Source of the DNA: Octopus vulgaris
Lineage: Eukaryota
Length of the DNA: 64,000 nucleotides
Assembly: GCA_951406725.2 (NCBI GenBank)
Contig: OX597831.1
Coordinates: forward strand, 71,548,001-71,612,000
Direction of reading: 5' to 3'
This document shows, one piece after another, positions 51,800 to 64,000 of the stretch (position 1 is the first letter of the stretch; the number at the start of each line of letters is the position of its first letter). The position numbers and the translations under genes were made by a program. The notes beneath the pieces were generated by a model that saw only the letters and a program-made list of their open reading frames with translations, was not told the DNA's origin and searched no databases.

Positions 51800-54700
51800 T
51801 GGCTATCATACACTATTCTTATCGGGTGTTCAAACAAATACTCTCTCTAGATACGATCTGGTTAATTCAATGCAGTCCATAAGGGAAATCTAGTCGGCAT
51901 ACGTTAAAGATCCTAAAGGTCCGTGATTGCCAGATGGTTCTGAGCATCCTTGTTTCCACGTCTTCATCTATTCTGCCTTCCTTAATGATGACGCTTCCCA
52001 TAGATGTTACGTTCATTGCTGTGAGCTTCTCCTCCACATCAGTGCATTGCCGGGAGAGAACGACAATGGCCTCAGTGAAATCAATATCTTCTACGTAAAC
52101 CTGTTTCCAGCATTAGAAGGTAAAACCTCCGATGGACATCCTATAGGAGAAAGAAGAATGGCAGACCAAAAACAATACCGAAAAAGTTCACGGAAACTGA
52201 AGCACTAGCAGACAGCTACATCTGGGGACAATTGCAATCCATTGTCACAATGCATCTCCACAGTCATTGGACAGCTTTTGTTCCTTCGTGTTTTAGAGCA
52301 GATGCCTTAGCTCTGATAATGTGTCCGTATTTCACACTGAACAAACTGTCAAATATCATTCTCACTGCAGCACTTTGATCGCGATGCCCCTTCGAGGTTA
52401 CTAACAGGTCTTTTTCTCCAATGTATTTCTCTCTGTTGCTATTTCTCTAAAGATTCTACTTTAATCACTTTATTCAAGGTGAGTCACCATCACTAGTTGA
52501 TAACTGTTCCTGTCAACTGCTTCTTAACAGATTCACTAATCGGGCTCTATAGTTTTGCTCACCGTTAAGAGTACATGGTCCTATCTAAGTTGACCGAGCA
52601 GTTCACAAATTAGAGGTCAATTTGAACTGTGGCTATCATACACTATTCTTATCGGGTGTTCAAACAAATACTCTATCGAGATACGATCTGGATAATCCAA
52701 TGCATTCCCACAGGGAAAATCTGGTCGGCATACGTTTGTTGGCCTTTGAACAGCAACAGGAGTGTGCATTTGCTCTTAATATTCAGCGTCAGTCTGTGGG
52801 GTTCCTTGGTTGGTCCTACAGAGAGTTCCTCCTGTGTTATAATACCTGCATTGACATCATCATCTTTCATTACTTGTACACCATATATATTCATATTACA
52901 TGCTTTTTATTGTTGATTTTTTTCCCTTTTCTTGTTCGATTTTCTGTGTAAACAAACACATTTGATATCTGTCTATCTGCCTGTCTGTCTGCCTGTATTC
53001 TTCTTCTCCTCTTTCTCCTCTTCCTCCTCCTCCCTTGCCTCCTCCCCTTCCCCGCCTCCATCTCTGCCTTTTCTCCCACCCCTCCTCCTTCTTTCTTCTC
53101 ACCTTCTTATATTCTGAGCTTGTCGAGTTGTGTTATCTTGAGCTCCGCAAGAGTTGGATCTACTGAGTGGGATTCAAGTCGAAACCTGTTTATTTTACAT
53201 GAGACAACTACGGCAGAAAGGTATCTATTTACGTTTTGCATCAATTTTCTTCGTTGTTTGAGAAGAAGAAAAAAAAAGACATTGCTTTGGTGAGATAATA
53301 ATGGTTACTTCATTTGTAATACGAAGAAAATGGCTTCGTCGTTCGAGAAACGCTCCGAAAATCTCAGCAAACATAATGAGAGAGAAAGGTGGGATTGTGA
53401 AATAGAACGCTTTGCAGCAGAAAGCAAACACTTTTGCAGCTCGCTTTGCCATAACAACATGGATGTTAGAACATATTGAAGGCGGAGAATAGCAGAAACG
53501 AAAGCAGCGTTTTAGACGTAGTTTACAATAAGAAAATATTAGATATGGATCGAGTTTATTTGGTAAGAAAGTGTGACAGCGGTGTGTCACAAAAGAACCT
53601 GTTTAAGAATGGTGATACATCACTGAGTCGCACGTAATACAGGGCTTACTCTGAAAGAAGCCCTGTTTCTGCAGTAATTTTTCTTCCTTTGATTAATACA
53701 TACTAGAATATTCGGCTCTTTACGTTTTGAGTTCAAATGCCGCCGAGGTCGACTGTGCAAAAACCAACTTAGAAAAGTTAGCGGGCTTGCAGATAGACTC
53801 ACAGAAAAGCAAGCCATGACGCCCAAAAGCGGTGGTCGACATGGACTTGACATTCTAGGCGCCGAGGAGCACTGGCGGACAGAGCGGTTAAACTCTGGTT
53901 TGTTGAGAAGCGTTTCTTTCATCCGTTGGCATCAGCCAGTTTTTTCTTTTCTCTTCTTTTTTTCTTTTTTTGGCGTGAATCTTTTCGCTTTATTTCTTCT
54001 TCTTGCTTGCTTATTGCCATTTGCTTTCTTCCCCATCACCTTCGCAACACGACATGTTTGGGTGCTTCCATTTGCTGTAACTATCCAGCACATGTTTACT
54101 TCTGGGAGTAAATCTTTATCCTACGGCCAAATTAGATTTGTATGAGGGCCATCTTGTCATTGTATAGTGCTGTGGAGTGTGTCCTGGACTCATCCTCTGT
54201 ATTGAATCTCACTTCTACCATGCCTCTCAGCTACGCACGATTTCGTGCTCCAGAACAGCCCCGAAATACTTTACTATTTACTGTTTTGTCGCTTGCTTTA
54301 TTGTTGGGTATTCCTGTTTCTATTATTCTTAAAGCTAGTTTTCCAGATTGCTTTCTTGTCGAACGGATTCTGAAATATTTAATCCTACTTTTCGGCTAGA
54401 CCACGAAAGAAGACGTTACTATCAGGCGTAAGAGTGGCTGTGTGGTAAGTAGCTTGCTTACGAACCACATGGTTCCGGGTTCAGTCCCATTGCGTGGCAC
54501 CTTGGGTAGGTGTCTTCTACTATAGCCTCGGGCCGACCAAAGCCTTGTCAGTGGGTTTGATAGACGGAAACTGAAAGAATCCCGTCGTATATATGTATAT
54601 ATATATGTATATGTGTGTGTGTGTATATGTTTGTGTGTCTGTGTTTGCCGCTGCCCCCCAACATCACTTGACAACCGATGCTGGTGTGTTTACGTCCCCG

Positions 54701-55426
54701 TAACTTAGTGGTTCGGCAAAAGGCACCAATAGGCTTACAAAGAATAAGCCCTGGGGGTCGATTTGCTCGACTAAAGGCGGTGCTCCAGCATGGCCACAGT
54801 CAAATGACAGAAACAAGTAAAAGAGTAAAACAATAGCGGTGGTGCCTCAGCATGGCCGCGGCCTTCGGGCTCAAACATTTTAAGGATTTAATACTTCCGC
54901 CTGTCGCAAGATGTTTGCAAGCTCGGTGAATTTGGATTTGTTAATTGTGGTGTCTTGATTATAATTTGTGTCGCTGTTAATAGCGATGGTGGTGGTGGTG
55001 GTGGTGGTGACGGATGTCCAGTTTTCAGGTATGTTGAAGCGAAAGTTTGGTTCTTCTTCTTTCTTTTATTTTTTTATGACCATTGTTGTTTCGGTCGGCA
55101 ATAAGGGAAGTGTTAGTTTTCATCTGTGAAGTTTACGTCGGTGTTGTTGTCTCTGTTAACATGTAGTAGTGGACATTATAATGTATTGGTTGTTGGAACA
55201 GCTAACTTCCCTTGGATTTGTGAAACACTTTTTAAAATATTTATTGAATATGCTACTTCACTAAAAAGTTCAAAAATTCGTCCCGAAGGGGCAATAATTT
55301 CACAAAGCCAACAAGCTTCAGAGAGGTTGGTTTACTTAATAACAAAATGGTACAGAAAAATCAAAAATTACTTTCTTGGTGACAAAATTCAGTAATAACT
55401 TACGAGCTCCGAAACAACGTCTTTCA
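51800..55426 (-). mobile_element. Degraded, interrupted Tx1/L1 element (copy B)
   Basis: 5'-like end GACGTTGTTTCGGAGCTC at about 55420. ORF1 remnant GMVEVRFNTEDESRTHST...FGRRIK at about 54120-54230. ORF2 remnants SRSYLDRVFV..PQFKL, RISESVKKQLT and ASALKHEGTK at 52250-52730. SINE at 54425-54830. Confidence 0.65.
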
Positions 55427-55449
55427 CTTGCAAACAACAGCAACAAGAA

Positions 55450-56130
55450 TTTATTCTTTTCTTAGCCACAAGAGCTTACATAAAACAACATAAAACAATA
55501 TGACACAACATAAAAGACGGCACAAGACGATACAAAGGGTTTTAAAGCATGTAAACATTAGAAAATAATAAAAAATTAAACAACATAAATCTCCAAATAG
55601 GGGGAGGCGCTTTAAGGTTCCTCGTAGAAAAACCCACAAAAGCCACGGGTGCCTGATCAACAGAGTAAGAGCCCTTCGCCTTTTATTTCTTTACGGGTGT
55701 ATGCTCAGAATTGGTCTTTTCACATTGGCCATTCTTCCAAATCAGGTCTGGGACTTTCTCTAACTGCTCTGCTTCGGTCCCAACGCAATTCTCCTTCGAT
55801 CTTTTAACATCCTGGAGATTCTCTCTCCCGTCCATACGAATACAGGTGAGAATCTATCATAGATCCAAGCCTTTTGGGACACCAGGTACCGTAATTCGTA
55901 CTGCTCTTCTTCTCATGTACGTTGGGAAAAGGGCGATTTCCTCGGTGCGACGCGTGGTCACCGAGCTCTGTATCGCCTGCGCCTCGGTCTTAAAAAGGGC
56001 CTCTACTCTGCCGTACTGCCTCGCTCTCGCAATGTGGATATCCTGCCATATGTCTTTTAAGGCTTTCCCACCTAGTCGCGTTTAGCATTTTCGAGTTTCC
56101 TTGTCTTTGTGTTCACGCACCTGTAGACAA
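55450..56130 (-). mobile_element. Internally deleted Tx1/L1 element (copy C): ORF1 fragment joined to the 3' end
   Basis: IARARQYGRVEALFKTEAQA...EEIALFPTYMRRRAVRITVPGVPKG, followed by a T-rich 3' UTR ending GTAAGCTCTTGTGGCTAAGAAAAGAATAAA. Confidence 0.7.
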
Positions 56131-56548
56131 CTGTCCGTTTGGCTGTTGCTTGAAGCAAGTCGCCGCTTGGACATTTGCCGCAGTGCTTTATTAATTGCCC
56201 CTTAATTTCGCTTACTAGTTTCTCCTTCAATCAATTTATCTCTATCGGCAGTTCATTGCTAAATACTATTAATTCTGATGTAATCACTCTTTTCGTTTGT
56301 TGTCGATTTTCCCATCAAATGTCGTTTAAATAATTCACTAATCTTGTACATGCGGATATTGAGTGTCGTCTTACTCCATTTAGTATTCATACTAGCGAAG
56401 GCGGTGAGCTTGCAGAATCGTTAGCATGCCGGGCAAAATGCTTAGCAATATTTCGCCTGTTCGTACGTTCTGAGTTCAAATTCAGCCGAGCCTTTCATCC
56501 TTTCGGGGTTGATAAAATAAGTACCAGTGAAACACTGGGGGTCGATAT

Positions 56549-56755
56549 TGTTATGTGTAGTTTGGGTTCTAATGGGATAGACAACCAAATGAAAACCATT
56601 GTTATTGTTTACGTGTTTATTTACTTATCATGTTACACGGACTCGACATTCAGCGTAGTAATACATTATATACTTTACACATAGTTTGTACTATTCACTA
56701 ACAAAATAGTGCCAAGAGTGGGGATGCACGTATACACAGATATGAATGTGTAACA
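56549..56755 (-). mobile_element. Solo LTR (207 bp) inserted in a family 2 SINE
   Basis: TGTTA...TAACA termini and a 5-bp TSD GATAT at 56544-56548 and 56756-56760. TATA-like and AATAAA motifs on the minus strand. Confidence 0.8.
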
Positions 56756-57089
56756 GATATAATTGGCTTATCCCCTCCCCCAAAATGCTGTCCTTGTGGG
56801 AAAATTTGAAACCATTATTTTTACTGGTGAAAGGATAGTGATTTGTTGCCCTTGGACCTGGTGTGAGATTCGTATCTTCTATAATTTTAGTATTACAATG
56901 CAGACGGGGTTAGTTCTTCCATGTATTTCTTTTTTAGCTCTTTCTACTTGTAGAACATTTCGTAAACGGTTGAGTTGTAGCATTCTTATTTGAATGGTTA
57001 TTCTTATGCGTCAGAATGTCGGGTTTATCATTATATGTTGTAATTTTGCAAATAATAAAATAATTGATATTTCCCACTAAGTTTATTGT

Positions 57090-57177
57090 TGAATATCAGT
57101 GCTTTACTGTGAATATCAGTGCTTTACTGTGGATATCAGTGCTTTACTGTGAATATCAGTTGAATATCAGTGCTTTA
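57090..57177. repeat. 20-bp tandem repeat (GTGAATATCAGTGCTTTACT), about 4 copies
   Basis: Directly visible. Confidence 0.9.
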
Positions 57178-57244
57178 ATAAATGTTTTAAGATATTTGCA
57201 TCGTGGTGAAAAGTTTCTTTTCTCTCCACCCTCAAATTTCATTT

Positions 57245-58750
57245 TAAGTAAAACTTGAAAAAGTTGATGAGGGCTTGGCCAAGGAGAAAGGTGCCTTCCG
57301 CCCTTTCAATCTGATCCGCCATACAACCTCTTTCGCTAAGGCCACTAAACAGCTAAGCGCTGCCTGTCCTTCCTGACCAAAGGGAAGGGGTGTGACGATC
57401 TTCACAATGGACCCAGCTGGTAACTGGATTCTTCCTGTACACCGCAACATACGTTCGACATAATCTTAAAAGTCAGCAGTACTCAGGCCCTGGAGATGAG
57501 CATGTAGAACAGCACGCACCTCTTATAGACCCGGCTGACTGCACTTCCTTGCCTGTAGAGTTTATCTCGAACCACCAATGCCACTACCCCGAACCACCAT
57601 TCGGTAGCGCTGTTTGGCCAAGGATTTCAGGAAGTTGCCCAAGGGCTTGGCCCGTAAAGCTTTCAGATCCGACCAACGAGTTGATTTTTGTCGTTGCCCA
57701 GAGTCTTTCCGAAAACTTCGTCGCTTTTGCCCTCCAGTAACCCTCTGTATAACGCCATGGTTGAAATTCTGTTTACTGTCAAGTAATTCCTGATGTCGCA
57801 GCCACAGCGTATGTCTGTGCATCATCATCCACGGAATGCTAGTCCTCACACAGCAAATATTGTCAACAATTGTGGCAGTTGACCAGCGCAAATGCTTCAC
57901 TTCCACAGAAAACAGAAAAGTCAGCGCTCCAAGCTGATCAAACGTGAACTACGGCAAGGCACGATGGTCAAGCGGTAATAATATGACGAAGGTGATGCAA
58001 GCGTTACCCACCTCAGCCCGACCTTTTAGGGATAGCAAACCCTTGGCCCATTTCTGGATGAAACTGACGTCTCTCTTTGTCATTTCATCCCAAATTTTCT
58101 CCGCACAGAGATCTGGACAAATCAACATTCGGAGCAATTAAACCGGTCCGTCAGTCCAGCGCCTTCGAAGGATGTGGCCTGCATCTGAAGGTGCTGAGCT
58201 GCTGACCCTCTGACTCTTCTTGGTTGATTTTTGTTCCTGTCATTGCATCGTAATTCCTTAGAGCAGTGACGATTATCTTGATGTTCTTCATATCCGACAC
58301 TATCACGCTGACGACGTCCACTTATGCAGACACACTTCTTCCGCAACATAGTTCTCGACGATTCCTCCACTGGTTTTCGCAAGGTGGAGGCCGTATCTCT
58401 TTCAAAATGTTTTAATGTTGTTTTGCTGCTGCTGTTTTTCTTGTTTTGTTCAGCATTTGTGGTGTAGTTTCGTTTTAAGAGTGAGAACACAGCATCCACA
58501 TGATCTCAATTCACAGTAGATCGTAGCAATGCCCAGCACCACTGCCAGGCTAATGACATCTGGAAATTATCCATAGCAATCCCTGACCGGAAAGTCCTCC
58601 GGAATAGATTTGCCACTTCCTTTTCGTCGAAGCCCAGAGACTCCAGGAGACACCGTTGCACTTCTCCGCTACTAATTCTTTGTATACAGTAGATTGAACT
58701 TCTTTCTTCCTTTCCTTCCTTCCTTTCCTTCCTTCCTTCCTTCTTTCTTC

Positions 58751-58789
<39 letters not shown>

Positions 58790-61030
58790 TCCATCTTTCT
58801 GTTCGACAAAAGACGGTGCTCCAGCATCTGCTCGGAACCGAGTAACACGCACCAGTCCTGATCCGTCAAAGACCTAATCATGGTTTTGTTTTCAGGTCGC
58901 GTTCCTACTGTTCGGCCCCATCGAACGACTTTAGTTCCTTCGTGTTTTAGCGCACTGGCCAACGCACCCTTTGTGTTTCGCCTCAAAGAAATGGTCAACG
59001 GCCATTCTCGCCGCTAATACGTCGGTTGCTATCCCTTTACTAATAGCCTCTTCTAGTCTGCTAACTAGTTTTCTCTCAAATCTATTTCTTTCTATTGCTA
59101 AATCTTTACTAAACGCTGTCGATTTTATTCTAATCGCTCTCTTCAGAGCGATCCGCCGCCGGTTGTTGTCGACTGCTCCGTCAACTGTCGCCTAACTAGT
59201 TCACTAATCCTGTCCCTGTTGTCTTTGCGAGCCAGTAAGGACGCATTCAACTTCCAGTAACCGGGACCCTGTCTACGGGTCCTATCTAAATCGACTGAGT
59301 ATATCACAAATTTGTAATCTGTGTCGTCGACCAATTTAAATTGTGGACAACCTATGCTATCCCTATCCTCTGACCTAACAAATACTCAATCTAAATACGA
59401 TCTGGATGACCCGCTGTGGTTGATCCATGTCCACACTGGTAGATGAGGATAATCCAGTCAGCACCTGTCAGAAAGCGTCCACTTCTGCTATGTACTATAC
59501 CTACACAATCCTTTAAGTGTGTCACAAATCCACGTACATAGCATCTTGGCTTTCTACCTTCCATTAACACTGGCAGGTGAGTACCATCCAAGAGATCGAT
59601 TAGATCGGGCAGCTGATCGATATGGCCTTACATTGTAAGGTCAGTTCCTGACCAGTTTTGCTTAGGCATTTTCTTGACCTCTAAGACTGTCACTTCGTCT
59701 TCCATACCTGCCAAGACGGCCGCCATTAACCAGGTGATGGATATATCTTGTGGCACAACAACACCCTAACTTTAGCAAGGCGTTGGCCACAATAGCTGGA
59801 GATTAAGAAGCTTTCATTTCTCAAAGTGGTTGCTGAATGACACCTGGCTTCTTCTTTCGTCCCAAATCTCCCATCAATAGTTCGAAATTTCTTTCCTCGG
59901 GTGATGTGGATCTTCTGTTCCCACACGCGCCAAAGGAATTGTTGGATTTCGCTCTCTTGAGATATTCTCTATCATGTCGGATGGCGGGGTTTAGGGCTAC
60001 CTTCTTCCCATTCCTTTTTACAATTTTCCTAGCCATTTTCAGATCCTCTTCATCTCTGCCGAAATCTTCCAAATTTCTCGCCGCAATTGCAAAAGAAACC
60101 TCCTTTGCAGTGGAGGCGGTGGAAATAGTAATATTCACTTTTCTAAATTTCACTTTGTTAGTATCGTTCTTGCTGTTGTTGATATTGTTGTTGTTATTGT
60201 TGAAGTTGTTGTTGCTGCTGCTGCTTTGTTTGTTTGTTTGTTGAGCGAAGCGGTCTTCGTCCTAGAAGTCTGAAAAGTGGTCTTTTGCTATTCGTAAGAC
60301 CCGCAGAAGAGAAAACAGGTTAATCCCCGACACCGAGAGCATCGACGGATGGATGAAGGCTCAGCGGTTGCGTTGGAAGTCGGGGACAAGAAACAGGAAG
60401 AAAGAGTGAGAGAAAGCTGGAGCGGAAGAGTACAACAGGGGTCGACACCACCCCCTGCCGGAGCCTCGTGGAGCTTTAGGTGTTTTCGCTCAATAAACAC
60501 ACACAGCGCCCGGCCTGGGAATCGAAACCGCGATCCTCCGACCGCGAGTCCGCTGCCCTAACCATAGGGCCATTGCGCCCCCACTGCTGCTGCTGCTTCA
60601 CTGTTGCTGCTGTTGCTGTGGTTGTTGTCACCGAAAGTTTTGACGTTGCTCAGAGACGAAACAGTATTCGCCTCGGTGACGTCATTCAGTGTAGGCCATG
60701 TTACGTCTTTGTTCTCATTCGTCTCCGACAAGGAACGTGTCCCGCTGTCGAACATTTTGATGGTTTCCTTATCAGCCATCTTTAAATGAATAACGAAAAC
60801 AGTAAAATATTAGCTTTTTTCCGAAAGTTAAGCTTCAAAAAATATTGATGCGCACTCTCTGCAGAACAGCGGGTGTTTCTAAATGAAAATGCTATCGGCG
60901 CAGTTCAGACAGTCTCAGAAATGCAATTGTAAAAATAAAATGAAAGTACAAGGCCTTAGAAGGCCAAAAAGATTACAAACACCATTTCAAGTTACGGAGC
61001 TTCGAATTTCTGTGACTTTACAGTATGGCG
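57245..61030 (-). mobile_element. Degraded Tx1/L1 element (copy D) with ORF1 and ORF2 remnants
   Basis: ORF1 remnants ITRGKKFRTIDGRFGTKEEA...SYCGQRLAKV and HLPVLMEGRKPRCYV.GF..HLKDC. ORF2 remnants GPGYWKLNASLL, ALKHEGTK and WAKGLLSLKGRAEVGN. Heavily deleted. Confidence 0.8.
60228..60582 (-). mobile_element. SINE family 3, tail type C, inserted in Tx1 copy D
   Basis: Same tRNA head and body as 14527, but a different 3' half ending in (CAAA)n. TSD AAGCAGCAGCAGCA. Confidence 0.85.
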
Positions 61031-61033
61031 GCC

Positions 61034-61076
<43 letters not shown>

Positions 61077-61269
61077 CTACAACAACAACAACAACAATAA
61101 TAATAATAATATGAGATCACCATGTCGCGCACATATGGTTGTGATGCATGTGCCTTGTGTACCCTTATCAGACGAGTAGTCATGATGGGTGTACTGGGCT
61201 TCGTATATTTTACCCCAGTGTCACTTTGGTGGCATGCACTGCTCTCACTCAATAATAATAATAATAATA

Positions 61270-61316
<47 letters not shown>

Positions 61317-63288
61317 CAGATCTCCTGGCCTTTCTTGCCTTGGTTGATTCTGTGAGAGCGGACAGCAACCTGTTGTCAGAGTTCTCACAAGGTCTCTTTC
61401 CGAAAACTATATGCGTTGGTACTTAGACGTTAACTTATCGTGGAAGACACTCAACACTCTAGCACCAACCCCCAAATCCTAGTTGTTCCCAATAAAGCAG
61501 TTTTAGAGCCTGCTCTGCCCTCATATCAATTCTAACTTCTCCGACATATTTCTTGAACTTGGTTGCTAGTGCTCCGAGTGCCCTACAACTACTGAAATAA
61601 TTGTCACTCTCTTCAGTGTCCACATTCTAGCAATTTCGTCTTTTAGTAGTCTGAATTTTTCCATCTTTTCCAGCCCTTTGTCACCTACGCATGACTCCCC
61701 ATGTATGGCAATATCTGTGATCTTGGTTTCCTTTTTTTCTTTTATCTGTCACAACAATGTCTGGTCTCTGAGCATCGAATACAAAGTCACATTAGATTCT
61801 AAAATCCCACGGGACCTTATATTCATTGTTTTCCGTGGCGCCTTATACCTCATGGTTCTCTGCTCTGTCCAGGCCGTATTTTTCACACAGTCTCCAGTGA
61901 ACAAACTTAGCTACATTATCATCCTTCCTTTTGTAGTAATTTTGGTCCAGCTTGCTACACTCGCTCTCAGTATGTTTCGTTTATTGGTAATAAACATCCT
62001 ACAAATAGATTATTCACTCCTCTTATCTATTTGGAATTTGGTATAATTATTTCTCGGAGCTTGACCATGGGCGCTGCATATCAGTGCTCCTGTGCATCGT
62101 TTCCGATTAATTTTTCGTTGTCATCTCCAGGTGTTGGTCTTGTCTTTGCCTTCGATTTCTCTGAGGTATTGCCCATGCAGCGTTTTCTTTTTCTAATTGT
62201 TTATTCTTTGCTCTTCATCTTGTTTCTTAAATGTTTTTGGGCGTGTCACATTTTCAGTAGGTATTGTGTTGTTATTTCAGCGGAAAGCAAGGATTTACAC
62301 TGTTATTTGATGTACCATCTCAGGCTGTTCTTCTCGTTGACAACACAGATTTTATATCCTATGAGGTCTCTTCCTCCCTTGTTCCTAGGCATACAATCTA
62401 TCAATATCGCTTTTTGGGTGCAGTTCCTTGTTAATTGTCATCACTTTCTTGGTTTTTCTATCAATTTCCTGAAGCTCGTTCTTTGTCCATCAAACAGCAC
62501 CTGCGCTGCATCGCATTAAGGAAACAGCCCATGTGTTCATTGTTCTGATCTTGTTTTTTTTTTCATTTAGTCCCCTTCATATAATTTAGTTCATCTGAGA
62601 TATTCTCGCCTAAACCTTTCCTTCATCTCACTCTCCTTGATTTGTTCATACTTCAAAACACCCAGATACTTATATCCATCAGTCTCAACATCCTTGATTT
62701 CTCTGTTGGGTAGTTCTACACCATCAGAAGATACTTTTTTTACCGTTTTGTATTATAAGCACACCACAAACTTTATTCCCAAATTTCGTCCCGATATCCT
62801 TACTTGAATATCTGCACTGTTGAAACCAGACCATTTATTTCACGTTTGGTCTTCCCGAAGACCTTTAAATCATCCATATATAACAGATGATATAATTTTT
62901 CTTCACTTTTCAAGGTGTATCCTGATGTCACTTCCCATATTATCTGTGTGAGGAGCATCATACAAACCACAAACAGTAATGGGGATAGGCTATCTCCCTG
63001 AAATATGTCTCTCTTGATGTTAACCTTCGCCAAAAATTGTCCACATGATGTTAACTCTGTATTCCAGTTCTTCATTGATCTCCGGATAAAATTTGAGATG
63101 CTATCTGACACTTGTACCAACACAGGACTTCCTAAAATCCAGGAATGGGGAACCATATCATATGCTTTCTTATAATCAATCCATGCCATACCCAGGTTAG
63201 TATCTCTTTCCTTGCAGTCGTTCAGTACCATTCTGTCTATCAGAAGTTGATCTTTTGTCCCTCGACTTTTCCTCTTGCATTCTTTCAT
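61317..63288 (-). mobile_element. R4/Dong-clade non-LTR retrotransposon, 5'-truncated and degraded (RT plus RLE endonuclease)
   Basis: [39 protein letters not shown] and HLLYMDDLK, plus the C-terminal RPDIVV.DK...DIA (PD-D/E nuclease). The 3' end abuts (TAA)n. Confidence 0.9.
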
Positions 63289-63499
63289 TATAATTATTTT
63301 AGGCATAAGGCTTAGAATACGGGGGAAGTGCGAGTCGATTACATCGGCTGCAGTGTCCAAGTGGGACTTATTAAATCGATTCCGAAAGGATGAAAAGCAA
63401 ATTCGATCTCGGTCGATTTGAACTCAGAACGTAAAGACAGACGAAATGTCGCTAAGCATTTTGCCCAATGTACTAACTATTCTGCTAGCTCACCGGCTT

Positions 63500-63500
63500 A

Positions 63501-63556
<56 letters not shown>

Positions 63557-63657
63557 TTAATAATAATAATAATAATTAATAATAATAATAATAATTAATA
63601 ATAATAATGATAATTAATAATTAATAATAATAATAATGATAATTAATAAAAATAATG

Positions 63658-63699
<42 letters not shown>

Positions 63700-63709
63700 T
63701 AATAATAAA
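63500..63709. repeat. (TAA)n microsatellite
   Basis: Directly visible. Confidence 0.97.
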
Positions 63710-64000
63710 TTCCCTGATGCAGTACCAGACAGTGGCTTTCATGGCTTCTGATCTTAACTGATTGGAAGTATTGTCATGTACATTTTTTGTCTTGGTATAA
63801 AAGATGGGCTACAGCAAATATTCTGCTCAATACCACAGATTTGCTTGTCAGTTGTTTGACCATAACCAGTTGAGTATGTCCCTTAGTGGCTGGCACTATG
63901 TGCATCTCTGATCATGAGCAGATGTAGTAGGGGAACATCATAGCCATGTGTTGAGAGGGATTCTTTGGGGTTTAAATATTTCACCTTTGTAAACATGGGT
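63710..64000 (+). mobile_element. Longer copy of the (TAA)n-embedded non-coding retroelement (continues past the window end)
   Basis: 63925-64000 matches the reverse complement of 28890-28963. Confidence 0.75.

Noticed and set aside
51799-52736. About 107-bp direct repeats 830 bp apart, suggesting an LTR or TRIM
   Set aside because: The repeat translates on the minus strand to the Tx1 endonuclease motif SRSYLDRVFV. There are no TG..CA ends, PBS or PPT, so it is an internal duplication of a LINE fragment.

Overview
AT-rich, microsatellite-dense eukaryotic DNA whose SINE, LINE and transposon content looks like an Octopus (coleoid cephalopod) genome; the species is inferred from repeat families, not proven. 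The only cellular gene is the 3' part of an M28B peptidase (GCPII/PSMA/NAALADL1 family): six + strand exons at 2031-17538 with GT-AG introns in consistent phase. The rest is transposable elements: three tRNA-derived SINE families, RTE, R4/Dong, Hero-like and Tx1/L1 LINEs, Penelope fragments, Tc1/mariner, piggyBac-type MITEs, Helitrons and a solo LTR. The main finding is a 2.2-copy tandem array of a 485-bp non-coding unit (34085-35175). Each full unit carries a complete type I hammerhead ribozyme, and the array begins about 11 nt after the predicted cleavage site, which fits a retrozyme or circRNA-forming element. Other notable items are several dispersed hammerhead-bearing mini-elements in (TA)n tracts, a TSD-flanked ORF1-only 'half-L1' element with an intact 399-aa ORF (48256-50326), a co-oriented cluster of four Tx1/L1 relatives, SINE tail swapping, snap-back palindromes and exact local inverted duplications. 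All calls were made by eye, with no database searches or folding runs.
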